A DNA stretch of 64,000 nt from Methanomassiliicoccales archaeon (GCA_050010535.1 JBEKKT010000001.1:1372-65371), one strand, 5' to 3'; shown: positions 9,117-18,412, counted from the first letter of the stretch. Made by a program: numbers and translations. Notes: generated by a model from the letters alone, not told the origin.

Positions 9117-10483
9117 CCTTTCCGCCCGTATTTTGCAAGCACTTCGTGCCGGTACAGGGTCTTCCCGTTCACGTTGTTGATGTTGAACAGACAGAATGGG
9201 ATGAGCTTGCCGTCTGGCGTCACCGTGTGGATACAGCAGTTGCGAAGCCTTTCTGTTTCAACGTTCCACACGTCCTGGAACGGCATTGCTGAAACGGTCA
9301 AGTATTTGGTCTTCGCCCTCTCGATGAAGCCGAGCCATGTCCCGTCCAAATCGGCCTCACTGCTCGTTGAGATCGATTCCTCGATGTACCTCCAAAGATC
9401 GCAAATCTCCTTCCTGGTCTTCTTCGCGACCTCCTTGGTGTCCCTGGGAGGTCCCATCGCTCTTGCTGTCAGGGGCAGGAGAGTGCCGTCCTCCATGAGG
9501 ACCGACATCGACTTCGCGTCGCAATGGACATTCGCACAAGATGTGGGGATAAAGCTATCCACCCTGAGCTCGCCACCTGTTTGCTTCTCGATCTCCTTAA
9601 GAAGGTCCGGTAGAACGACTCGGTCTTCATCCCCAGGTACCTTGGGATACCTACCGAAATAGGCGAGGGGCTGGAAATGGATTCCCTTCACTGTCGGAAT
9701 CCATTTCTTGGCGAATTGGATAACGTCGCCGACCTGATGGAGATTAATGCCTGGCGCGACCACACATACGAGCGTCACACCCATCCCCACCTTCTTGCAG
9801 TTCTCGAGGGCTTTGACCTTCACGTCAAGGAGGTCCCTACCGCATGTCTTCTTGAAAACATCCCCTGTGACGCCGTCAAATGAGAAGTAAAGCGAGTCCA
9901 CACCTGCCTCCTTAATCTTCTTGAGATACTCAATGTCCTGACCGAGCCTTACGGCGTTCGTGTTCACCTCGATGTAATCGATGCCCATACTCTTGCCGAG
10001 CCTAACGATCTCTGGGAGATCGTCACGGATAGTCGGCTCGCCGCCGGAGATCTGTACGGCGATAGGATGTTGAACGTAATCGAGGATCGTCTGGTACATC
10101 TTCTTGATCTCCTCGATGGTTGGGTGGAAGTTGTAGTGCTCATTTGCACTCGCAAAACACACTGGACACTTCAAGTTGCACTTGTTCGTGACCTCAAGCA
10201 CAGCTAGGCAAGTATGCTGCTGGTGATCCGGACAAAGTCCGCAGATCTCCGGACAGGTGCCCTTGTTCTCGACAGCTATCTTCTGAGGCTTCGAAAACTC
10301 GCAGGCATATCGCTGCAGGTCCTTGTAATCCTCTACCCCTCTCCAGATCAGGACTTTGAAGGTGCCGTGCTCGGGACAGGTCTTCACAAGAAATATGTTA
10401 TCGTTCTCCGCGATCTTCTCAGCGGGTATCGTCTTCAAGCACTGAGGACAAAGGCTCTCGGTCTGCCCGATCTTCTCGCTCAT
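9113..10483 (-). CDS. Radical SAM protein, TrsS/Tes-like
   Basis: N-terminal CPQC..CPEHG, CPEICGLC, CNLKCPVC (CxxxCxxC), SGGEP, C-terminal FQD.WN..RLRNCCIH..IPFC. Confidence 0.88.
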   Translation of the reverse strand: MSEKIGQTESLCPQCLKTIPAEKIAENDNIFLVKTCPEHGTFKVLIWRGVEDYKDLQRYACEFSKPQKIAVENKGTCPEICGLCPDHQQHTCLAVLEVTNKCNLKCPVCFASANEHYNFHPTIEEIKKMYQTILDYVQHPIAVQISGGEPTIRDDLPEIVRLGKSMGIDYIEVNTNAVRLGQDIEYLKKIKEAGVDSLYFSFDGVTGDVFKKTCGRDLLDVKVKALENCKKVGMGVTLVCVVAPGINLHQVGDVIQFAKKWIPTVKGIHFQPLAYFGRYPKVPGDEDRVVLPDLLKEIEKQTGGELRVDSFIPTSCANVHCDAKSMSVLMEDGTLLPLTARAMGPPRDTKEVAKKTRKEICDLWRYIEESISTSSEADLDGTWLGFIERAKTKYLTVSAMPFQDVWNVETERLRNCCIHTVTPDGKLIPFCLFNINNVNGKTLYRHEVLAKYGRKG

Positions 10484-10596
10484 GTCTTCCACCAGGATTA
10501 TGCTGACGGAACGGAGTTATTGCTTTTCTACTTTTCTGAGAAGAGGTCGCCGGCGTTCAAAGTTGCCAGGAATAGCTGACGCTGTTGGATGAATAT

Positions 10597-10628
10597 GAAA
10601 AAGAGTTTAAGAGGCCGCAATCGCGGCC
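10597..10628 (-). terminator. Putative terminator (GGCCGC hairpin plus T-rich tract)
   Basis: GGCCGC-N4-GCGGCC at 10613-10628, followed on the minus strand by TCTTTTT, just downstream of the 10639 stop. Confidence 0.45.
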
Positions 10629-10638
10629 CAAAATGTGC

Positions 10639-11100
10639 TTAAGCGCGCTTCTTTTCGAACAACCCTTCCGCAGCTGCGAGCGTCAAAGTTGCTAGGTATT
10701 CTTCCACCCAAGAGTCCTTGCACGTCGTGCAGACGACAGCGGGCCCGTTCCTCTTGACGGTCAGGTACTCCATCTCGACATGTCCGTACATGGCGGGTTG
10801 ATTGCAGTGGACGCAGACGTAGTTGGTGGGGTCGGTTGCATTCATTATGCCACCGAGCTTCATCCTGTGGGAGTATGCAGTCACCAGCGTAGCGTGCTTG
10901 GTAACCATGCCGTTCGTCTCATAGACCGCATATATTGTGACTTCCCCGATGCGTTTCTTTGCAATGAATTTTGAAGTTCCCTTGACCATGAGCTTCTTCT
11001 TCGATGACTCGGCGGTCTTAATCACGTCATCGACGTCCGCTTCCTTGATACCTCTCTTGCCGAGCACTTCCTTCACATTGTCCGGGATCTTGATGTCCAT
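10639..11100 (-). CDS. DVU_1557-like redox/zinc protein fused to an N-terminal 'AYSHRM' domain
   Basis: C-terminal CVHC..CTTC..VEEYLA..AEGLFEKK; GAGGTGA RBS before ATG 11100. Confidence 0.65.
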   Translation of the reverse strand: MDIKIPDNVKEVLGKRGIKEADVDDVIKTAESSKKKLMVKGTSKFIAKKRIGEVTIYAVYETNGMVTKHATLVTAYSHRMKLGGIMNATDPTNYVCVHCNQPAMYGHVEMEYLTVKRNGPAVVCTTCKDSWVEEYLATLTLAAAEGLFEKKRA

Positions 11101-11110
11101 TTCGTTCACC

Positions 11111-12229
11111 TCACCATGTCCCATACGTTCCGACATCCCTTGCCGCTTTTACCATCGCTAGGAGGTTGCCTGGAATCGTATACGGCGGAGTCTCGCAAGC
11201 AGTACCAAGTATGTAGCCCTTCTGGGTGTCGCGTCCTGCGAGGATCTGTGCCTTCGACTGTTCGTATACCACCTTGGGATTGGGGTTGATCATAAGCTTC
11301 GTGTCCACGGAACCCATGATCGTCGCTCTGTTCCCGAACTCCTGCTTCAGGAGCGATGACGGGAACACGTTTCTCCCCGAGTATCCAATGTGGATAACGG
11401 TAAACGGCGACCAGAACAGCGTGTCCTTGAACACCTTGTAGTCGGTCTGGTGGTTACCGCATAGGTGATAGAATAGCTGAGGTCCTGCCCCCCTTCTGAA
11501 GGACTGGTCGACATAGTACTTCATGTAGTCGGCCCCGAATGCCTTCACATCCTCATCGGAGAAGATGTCGTTGTTCGCAAGAACGGAACCGATGATCATC
11601 ATCGCCATTCCGAACTTGTTCGCCGTCCCAACCGCACCGTTTATGGCCGTATCGGTGAACTTCTTGACCAACTTGTGTGCCGCTTCTCGTTCTGTGAAGG
11701 TCCACATTATGAAGTTCTCGGCGCCGCACAGCTCGGCTGCTCCACCAACCAAGTCAAATCCGTATGCAATCGGAACCAACGTCATGGGGAGATTCTTCTG
11801 GACATACTCATACATCCTGATGAACTCGGGAAGAGTATGTCCCTTCATCAGCTCGTCCACATCGGGCACGTGGATGTTGTCCACTTGCCCGGGTTCCGTA
11901 ATGATCGGACCTGTCGAGATCGGGGGCAGCGTGTCTTTGTACTGCAGTGTGAGTCCGAGCTCCCTTACCCACGGCAACGAGTAGAACCAGTGCGTCACTG
12001 GCAACAGGTCGTACAGGTGGGAAATATACCCGACGCAGTGGATACCGAGCTCAGGCTTCTCGTAGAAGTCTCGAATCGTGAATCCGCATGCTACCGCAGC
12101 ATGCGACAAAATTATTGGATCCACGTCGATCCTGTCATGCGGTACATCGACAAACGGGGAGGCGAAGCGCTTCGTGGCATTTGCGTGCCACTTCGCATCC
12201 ATTGCTGGAAATAGCTCTTCATAGCCCAT
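11111..12229 (-). CDS. UroD/MtaA-CmuA family methyltransferase
   Basis: HLCG (HxC Zn ligands), MGSVDT, GYILGTACETP, PGNLLAMVKAAR. Confidence 0.8.
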   Translation of the reverse strand: MGYEELFPAMDAKWHANATKRFASPFVDVPHDRIDVDPIILSHAAVACGFTIRDFYEKPELGIHCVGYISHLYDLLPVTHWFYSLPWVRELGLTLQYKDTLPPISTGPIITEPGQVDNIHVPDVDELMKGHTLPEFIRMYEYVQKNLPMTLVPIAYGFDLVGGAAELCGAENFIMWTFTEREAAHKLVKKFTDTAINGAVGTANKFGMAMMIIGSVLANNDIFSDEDVKAFGADYMKYYVDQSFRRGAGPQLFYHLCGNHQTDYKVFKDTLFWSPFTVIHIGYSGRNVFPSSLLKQEFGNRATIMGSVDTKLMINPNPKVVYEQSKAQILAGRDTQKGYILGTACETPPYTIPGNLLAMVKAARDVGTYGTW

Positions 12230-12445
12230 TGTTTATCCCCCGTTCCTAACTGTCGTTCGAAATATTTAAGTGTTGTCTTCCATTCTTTGCAACATTGTTT
12301 CAACCCCGATTGTTAAGATGTGTTAATAGGAAACATTGTCTCTAAATTACTGCACATGACGGTACTAATGTTCAATAATCGACGTGAGACAGGGAAGAGG
12401 CGATTCGGAAAGCCGACTGTGGGAGATTTCCCAGTTGTCGCTGAG

Positions 12446-12561
12446 TGCGGGGGGAGGGATTTGAACCCTCGGACCCCTTCGGGACAGAATGTCTTCCGAA
12501 AGCCTATCCAAACGCATCCGTCTTAAGTCCTGCGCTTTTGGCCAAGCTTAGCTACCCCCGC
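12446..12561 (-). tRNA. tRNA-Leu(TAA) with 31-nt intron (12491-12521)
   Basis: GCGGGGG/CCCCCGC acceptor, anticodon TAA at 12525-12523, long variable arm, GTTCAAATC T-loop; removing the intron gives 85 nt. Confidence 0.9.
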
Positions 12562-12649
12562 GGAGACGCTGGATGACGATTGATAGAAGACTATATCATG
12601 CTTTTGAGCCGGCGGCCAACTATTGCACCCAACCGAACCCCTTGGAGGT

Positions 12650-13984
12650 TCAGGTCGTCTTGAGTTTGCCGCCCAGTCCGTCCACGATCAGCTCTTCAAG
12701 GGTCGGATGACCTATCTCGCATAACTCGTATCTGACCCTGACGATAGGCTTGTTGACCTTTATGACCCGGTGCAGATCCACAGGCGTCCCGGAAACCACC
12801 ACGTCGCAATCCGACCTATTTATTGTGTCCTCCAACTCCTTCACCTGGTCATCCCCATAGCCCATTGCAGGAAGAAGCTTGCCTATGTGCCCGTATTTCC
12901 TGAGGGTCTCCGCGATCGAACCGACGGCAAAAGGACGGGGATCGATGATCTCGGCTGCGCCGAAGTCTTCTGCAGCTATCGTGCCAGCGCCGTATGCCAT
13001 GCCACCGTGCGTCACGGTCGGACCGTCCTCCACGACAAGCACCCTCTTTCCCTTTATGTCATCCGGATTGTCGACGATTATCGGTGAAGCCGCTTCGATG
13101 ACCGTCGCTCCAGGATTGATCCTCTTGATGTTGTCCCTTACAGTGAGAATGTCTTGCCTGTCAGCAGTCTGAATCTTATTTATGATAATGACGTCTGCCA
13201 TCCTGACGTTCGTCTCACCAGGGTGATAGGCCACCTCATGGCCGGGCCGATGGGGGTCAGCGATGACGATGTGGAGATCAGAGCGATAGAACGGAACGTC
13301 GTTGTTTCCTCCATCCCACACAATGACGTCCGCCTCCTTTTCCGCCTCCCTCAGTATGCTTTCGTAGTCCACGCCAGCATAGACGACTATACCCATATCG
13401 ATCAACGGCTCGTACTCCTCCCGCTCCTCGATCGTGCATTCATTCCTGACTAGATCGTCATAGGTGGCGAAGCGCTGGACAGCTTGCTTCTTTAGATCAC
13501 CGTAGGGCATGGGATGGCGAACGGCCACGACGTCAAGACCCTTATTCCTCAGAATCGCGCAGATTTTCCTGGTTGTCTGGCTCTTCCCTGAACCCGTCCT
13601 GACAGCCCCGACGCTTATCACTGGAACGCTCGACCGCAGAACGATCTTCGAGTTGCCCATCAGTCTGAAGTCGGCGCCTAAGGCAAGTACCGCCGAGGCC
13701 TTATGCATAACATCAACGTGAGAGATGTCGCTGTACGCGAAGACGACTTGCTCGACATCGTTCTCCCTGATAAGACCAGCAAGTTCCGCTTCGGGGTATA
13801 TCGGGATCCCATCGGGATAGAGCCTCCCGGCGAGTTCAGTGGGATATCTCCTGCCCTCAATGTTGGGAATCTGCGTTGCGGTGAAAGCGACAACCTCGTA
13901 GATTGGATTGTCCCTGAAATACGTGTTGAAGTTGTGGAAATCACGTCCTGCGGCCCCCATTATGATGACTCGCATCTTGTCCAC
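12650..13984 (-). CDS. COG2403 (cyclic-2,3-DPG synthetase-like) protein, probable arginine synthetase ArcE
   Basis: GAAGRDFHNFN, RTGSGKSQ, RHPMPYG, EEREEYEP, WDGGNND, EDGPT.THG. Confidence 0.8.
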   Translation of the reverse strand: MDKMRVIIMGAAGRDFHNFNTYFRDNPIYEVVAFTATQIPNIEGRRYPTELAGRLYPDGIPIYPEAELAGLIRENDVEQVVFAYSDISHVDVMHKASAVLALGADFRLMGNSKIVLRSSVPVISVGAVRTGSGKSQTTRKICAILRNKGLDVVAVRHPMPYGDLKKQAVQRFATYDDLVRNECTIEEREEYEPLIDMGIVVYAGVDYESILREAEKEADVIVWDGGNNDVPFYRSDLHIVIADPHRPGHEVAYHPGETNVRMADVIIINKIQTADRQDILTVRDNIKRINPGATVIEAASPIIVDNPDDIKGKRVLVVEDGPTVTHGGMAYGAGTIAAEDFGAAEIIDPRPFAVGSIAETLRKYGHIGKLLPAMGYGDDQVKELEDTINRSDCDVVVSGTPVDLHRVIKVNKPIVRVRYELCEIGHPTLEELIVDGLGGKLKTT

Positions 13985-14160
13985 TCGTCTGCCCCCGTGT
14001 CAATTGTAGGCGATTGTATATCTGGTTTCTGTGACGCTTGCTGGCAATTGACGTTCGAGAAAATGCGCATGCTACAACTTCGCACGGAATGAGACAGTCT
14101 GAAGGCCTCCAGTCAAGCTCCGAGCAAAGATATGTGTACCTTCAGTTCCATTAAGACGCG

Positions 14161-14580
14161 ATGAGCTACCGGATACCTCCAGCAGATGTTCTGGCAGAGG
14201 CGATTACTGAGGCTCTTCTGGGGCGTCCTATGGTCGTTTCTCAGCAAAAACTGACCGAAATGGTGCTCAAGAAGCTAAAGGAGAGGGATTCGAAATATAC
14301 CGCCACAGAGGAACGGATAAGGAAACTCGCAATCTACCGCGACCTGGCGAAAATAGAAATCCATGCCAGAGAGGCGGACGAGAGAAGTCGGCACGGTCGA
14401 TGCCCTGTCTGCTCCTCGAAAATGAAGAGAATCCAGAACGAAACCATATTCGGCGGCACCGTGACGCTCGGACATAAGTGCACGAAATGTCCGTATTGGA
14501 CGGGTCTGAATCGAAGAATACCGGTTCGCTATGTTTTCCATGGAGACGATTATAAAGGTCCATCGCACAAGGAACCATGA
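14161..14580 (+). CDS. Conserved archaeal hypothetical protein with zinc ribbon
   Basis: CPVC..CTKC; clean ORF. Confidence 0.7.
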   Translation: MSYRIPPADVLAEAITEALLGRPMVVSQQKLTEMVLKKLKERDSKYTATEERIRKLAIYRDLAKIEIHAREADERSRHGRCPVCSSKMKRIQNETIFGGTVTLGHKCTKCPYWTGLNRRIPVRYVFHGDDYKGPSHKEP

Positions 14581-14681
14581 TCAGGCACTTCTGAGCCATC
14601 GGTGAGCTAAAAGTCCTCGTAAGACGCCTTGAGAACGACGCTCCCAACGATTATATATCTAGGTGGTTCATTTTGCGAAAT

Positions 14682-14873
14682 ATGTGTGAGTCTGCCGTCT
14701 TCCTGGAAGAACGAGGAGAGACCCGTCAGATTATGAAGGATGTCAGTAGGATCGTCATGGATGGGGATGACGCGACCTGCATTGACGTCGTCGGAGAACA
14801 GATGACACTCCAGGACGTGAGGTTGAAAGAAGCTAACCTGCTCAGTCGCGGAATCGTCTTTGTAAGGATCTGA
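14682..14873 (+). CDS. CooT family nickel-binding protein
   Basis: Starts MCES (Cys2), 63 aa, IMKDV..D..GE pattern. Confidence 0.75.
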   Translation: MCESAVFLEERGETRQIMKDVSRIVMDGDDATCIDVVGEQMTLQDVRLKEANLLSRGIVFVRI

Positions 14874-14991
14874 GTGACCTTCGAGATTGCGGCCTCTAAT
14901 TCGGCCAGACCCGAATCAATAAGTCCCCAGAGTGGGCAGAACGCCACCGAAGATGCAAGAAGAGAAAGAAAAGACGTTCGGGGACGAGAGA

Positions 14992-15774
14992 TCAGTCGCC
15001 TGTGAACTTTGGGTCCCTCTTCTCCAAGAACGCTTTCATACCTTCCTTCTGGTCGTTTGTAGCAAAGCAGACGGCAAATCCTTTCGATTCTAAAGCCAGA
15101 CCGGTCTCAAGGTCAACGTTCACACCTTCGTTTATGAGCTGTTTCGCCATCATCACGGCGACTTGAGCTCTAGAAGCGATCGTTCTGGCCATACCCCTTG
15201 CTTCCTCCATGAGCTTGTCCGCCGGCACGACCTTGTTGACCAGCCCGATCCTGAGCGCCTCCTCCGCCGTTATCATGTCGCCGGTCATGATCAGCTCCTT
15301 CGCCTTCATCTTCCCCAGGAGTCGTACCATTCTCTGGGTGCCCCCGAATCCGGGAGGTATGCCGATCTTCACCTCGGGCTGCCCGATCCTCGCCTTCTCG
15401 GAAGCGATCACGATGTCGCACGACATGAGCATCTCGCACCCACCGCCGAGCGCGTATCCATTCAGCGCCGCGATGACTGGCTTGGGGAATTTGTCGATGC
15501 CGAGGAAGACGGAATTGCCGAACTCCGAGAACGCCTTGGCCTTCTTCGGATCGAGGACTGCCATCTCGCCGATGTCCGCGCCAGCCACGAAAGCCTTGTC
15601 CCCGGCGCCGGTGATGATCACGACCTTTACACTACTGTCGCACTCCAACTCCTTGAAACAGGCATCCAGCTCCACAAGCACGTCTGTCCTAAGAGCATTC
15701 AGTACCTTTGGTCTGTTTATCGTGACTATCGCAATCTCCCCATCTCTATCCAGCAGAATGTGCTCATACACCAT
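14992..15774 (-). CDS. Enoyl-CoA hydratase (crotonase)
   Basis: AFVAGADI, GYALGGGCE, GQPEVKIG.PGFGGTQR; GGAGG RBS before ATG 15774. Confidence 0.93.
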   Translation of the reverse strand: MVYEHILLDRDGEIAIVTINRPKVLNALRTDVLVELDACFKELECDSSVKVVIITGAGDKAFVAGADIGEMAVLDPKKAKAFSEFGNSVFLGIDKFPKPVIAALNGYALGGGCEMLMSCDIVIASEKARIGQPEVKIGIPPGFGGTQRMVRLLGKMKAKELIMTGDMITAEEALRIGLVNKVVPADKLMEEARGMARTIASRAQVAVMMAKQLINEGVNVDLETGLALESKGFAVCFATNDQKEGMKAFLEKRDPKFTGD

Positions 15775-16175
15775 GTTCTGTCCTCCGTGCCGCCAATCCC
15801 TTTCCAGACATAAAGCCTTTTTCCGATTCAAGCCGTGACCGACGGAGTCCGGAATGACCTCATCCCCACCACCTCTGGCCAACAGGCTTGGGGTATCTAT
15901 GAAAACAGAAGTTCTACACACCAGAGGAAGAAGCGAGGACGAAAGCGCCGGAGGCACGACGGAGGAAGCTCGCCAGTCAGAAGGGTGCTGAGACCCGAAG
16001 GCTAGCACTCGTAGCAATGCTCACCACGGCGACTCAAGACAACATTCTAGACTCCCTCCCTCATTCCTGTTTGCGCGAAAGAGCGACTAGATAGTGCATC
16101 GCCTAGGACGAAGTCGGGGGGGCGGACTAAGACAATCTTTATCATTCGTTATCACATTGAACCGTCGGGCTGAGG

Positions 16176-17108
16176 ATGAGACTCTGGGATTTCGGGAGAC
16201 TGCACAATTCCAAGTTGAAGATAGGCGAGAGAATCGGCAAACCACTTGGCCTGGTCGATGGCAGCCAGGTCTTCAGCACAATGTTTCGCTATGACTACAA
16301 CGGACGCCACAGCTACGAAATCGTGCTTTCCACTTTCGGTCCTGAGAACTACAGGCAGATATGCTCTGCCACATTTTACATGCTAGATGTTCCCGGCGCA
16401 TGTGCGCAAACCGCGAAGCACTTGGGGGAAAGGAACATCGATATACTGAACTCGGTTTCGCTGAGCATGATCTCCAACGTCTGTATGATGTGGAAGATGC
16501 TCATCGACCTAAGCTACTATGGAGACCCAAACACGCTGAAGGAGGAGTTTGAGCGTTTGAAGAGAGACCAAGCGCCGGCGATCGATAAGGTAGAGGCGAT
16601 GGAAATCGAGCCCTCCCACATCAGCGACAGATACACGAAAGGTGTCGTTGCGCCAAGTGCAGTCGGGAAGACAAGAACGACCAGGAAGATGCACAGGACC
16701 CCTTCGATAATCAAGAACGGGGAGTTCGAAATCCCTTCGGACTACATCAGCATGATCGAGGGTATCGGGGAGGGGCAGATGGTAATGATGGTCGGGGACA
16801 CCGACTCCTGGGTTCTGTCAATCACGTTCCTGAATCCCAATACACAATTGATGGAGATCGACTTCACGATACCTGACAGACCAGGTGCGATATTCGAGGT
16901 CACTAGCGCCTTGTCGAAGCACAACATCAATCTGATATCGGTGTACACAAAGGTCCTCATCTACTACGAAACGATGACGCTGGAACTTGTTGCGGATGTG
17001 AGCAACTCCGACCTTGACGCCGAAGGCCTCAAGACGAGACTGAACGAGGTCCTCGCCGGTCTGAGAGGTAAGTACAGCCTGTCTGCCTGCGAGCCCATAG
17101 AGGTCTAG
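16176..17108 (+). CDS. ACT domain-containing protein
   Basis: Two ACT-like motifs (DVPGACAQ..NIDIL; DRPGAIFEV..NINLI). Confidence 0.75.
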   Translation: MRLWDFGRLHNSKLKIGERIGKPLGLVDGSQVFSTMFRYDYNGRHSYEIVLSTFGPENYRQICSATFYMLDVPGACAQTAKHLGERNIDILNSVSLSMISNVCMMWKMLIDLSYYGDPNTLKEEFERLKRDQAPAIDKVEAMEIEPSHISDRYTKGVVAPSAVGKTRTTRKMHRTPSIIKNGEFEIPSDYISMIEGIGEGQMVMMVGDTDSWVLSITFLNPNTQLMEIDFTIPDRPGAIFEVTSALSKHNINLISVYTKVLIYYETMTLELVADVSNSDLDAEGLKTRLNEVLAGLRGKYSLSACEPIEV

Positions 17109-17446
17109 TCTTATTTGCACAAGGAATCTGAGCGCGTTCATTCATCAACAAGAAGTGCTCGGAGTGAGTTCTTGAGATGAAATTTCGGCCTCCGAGAGCA
17201 TCCTTCGATTTGCGATAAGAATACGCGTCCAGACGATGGGATCTGAAAAAGACTTAAATATCGTTAAGATTGTGAATCAGTCGACCCTTCCGAAGCGGAA
17301 ATGATTAACGAGGAGGAAGTTCATCCCGGCAGATATAAGATTTGACATCATAGGAAGGAAGGCGATTGCCTGATTAAGCATATAGTGAAGGCAAACCGAC
17401 CGGCATTGAAGATTCTGCCCTCACCATTGGAAGAAGGAAGCAAGGA

Positions 17447-18412
17447 GTGATCGGAGTGGGAGAAGTACCAATCCCCAGAGAAAAGTGGACAGGGAAGATT
17501 GGAATCACAACACTTGGAGCGACATCTCAGGAGGGGGGAACTAGAGGGAGGAGGATCCTGATTGGTGGTCAGACAGGAATGCCTTTCTTGTCCTACGAGG
17601 GGGGGACCCCGAACAGACCCGCAATCGCAGGAGAAGTCATTGACACGATCAGGGACTACCCTGAGCTTGCGAAGAAACCCTTCGGCCATGCGATTAACGA
17701 CCCGGCGAAGTGGGCGAAAGTGTGGGTTGAACAGTTCGGAGCGGATATTATCTGCCTAAGGCTCCTCTCCACAAACCCTGAGGAAGAAGATAGATCCGCG
17801 GAGGAAGCCGCTGAGATTGTCAGACAAGTACTTGAAGCTGTCAGCGTGCCCTTAATCGTCTACGGCTGTGGAAACGAGGAGAAAGATGCAAAGACAATGG
17901 AAGAAGTCAGCAGAGTCGGTGCGATGGAAAGACTGTTGCTGGCTCAAGCAGAAGAAACCGCTTACAAATCAATCTCTAAGGCAGCGATGGCCGGCAATCA
18001 CGCTATTGTTGCGTTCTCGAATCTTGACATTAATCTAGCCAAGCAGTTAAACATCCTTCTCACGGACCTTGGAGTGAAGAGAGAGGACATCGTGATGGAC
18101 CCTCTGCAAGCCAGCCTGGGAACCGGTCTGGAGTACTCTTATTCGGTCAACGAGCGGATCAACCTGGCTGCCCTTACGGGGGACTCTATGCTGCAGATCC
18201 CGATGGTCTGTGATATTACTGCGGCCTGGAAAACGAGGGAAGCCACGGATGAGAACGAATTGTTGGGGGACCCGGGTGAGAGGGCGGTGTGGTGGGAGGC
18301 AGCCACCGGACTTGCTGCCCTAATCTCCGGCGCATCTATGCTCGTCGTCAGGAGCCCACTGGCCGCGAGAATTCTTAACGACGCACTTGACGATTTGACA
18401 GAGGGGGGATGA
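17447..18412 (+). CDS. acsD: Corrinoid Fe-S protein small subunit (AcsD/CdhD)
   Basis: IGGQTGMPF, DPAKWAK, DINLAKQLN, MDP..LG.GLEYSYS..ERI.LAAL.GD. Confidence 0.92.
   Translation: MIGVGEVPIPREKWTGKIGITTLGATSQEGGTRGRRILIGGQTGMPFLSYEGGTPNRPAIAGEVIDTIRDYPELAKKPFGHAINDPAKWAKVWVEQFGADIICLRLLSTNPEEEDRSAEEAAEIVRQVLEAVSVPLIVYGCGNEEKDAKTMEEVSRVGAMERLLLAQAEETAYKSISKAAMAGNHAIVAFSNLDINLAKQLNILLTDLGVKREDIVMDPLQASLGTGLEYSYSVNERINLAALTGDSMLQIPMVCDITAAWKTREATDENELLGDPGERAVWWEAATGLAALISGASMLVVRSPLAARILNDALDDLTEGG

Noticed and set aside
15780-16170. GAGGAAG-containing intergenic region as RNase P RNA, or a 30-aa ORF at 15899
   Set aside because: Lacks the conserved RNase P P4 partner sequence; the short ORF has no support. 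The 81-aa upstream extension of crotonase was also rejected in favour of ATG 15774.
17110-17446. Possible riboswitch (GGCAAACC) upstream of acsD
   Set aside because: No matching second stem or SAM/cobalamin consensus could be built by eye; an Rfam search would be needed.
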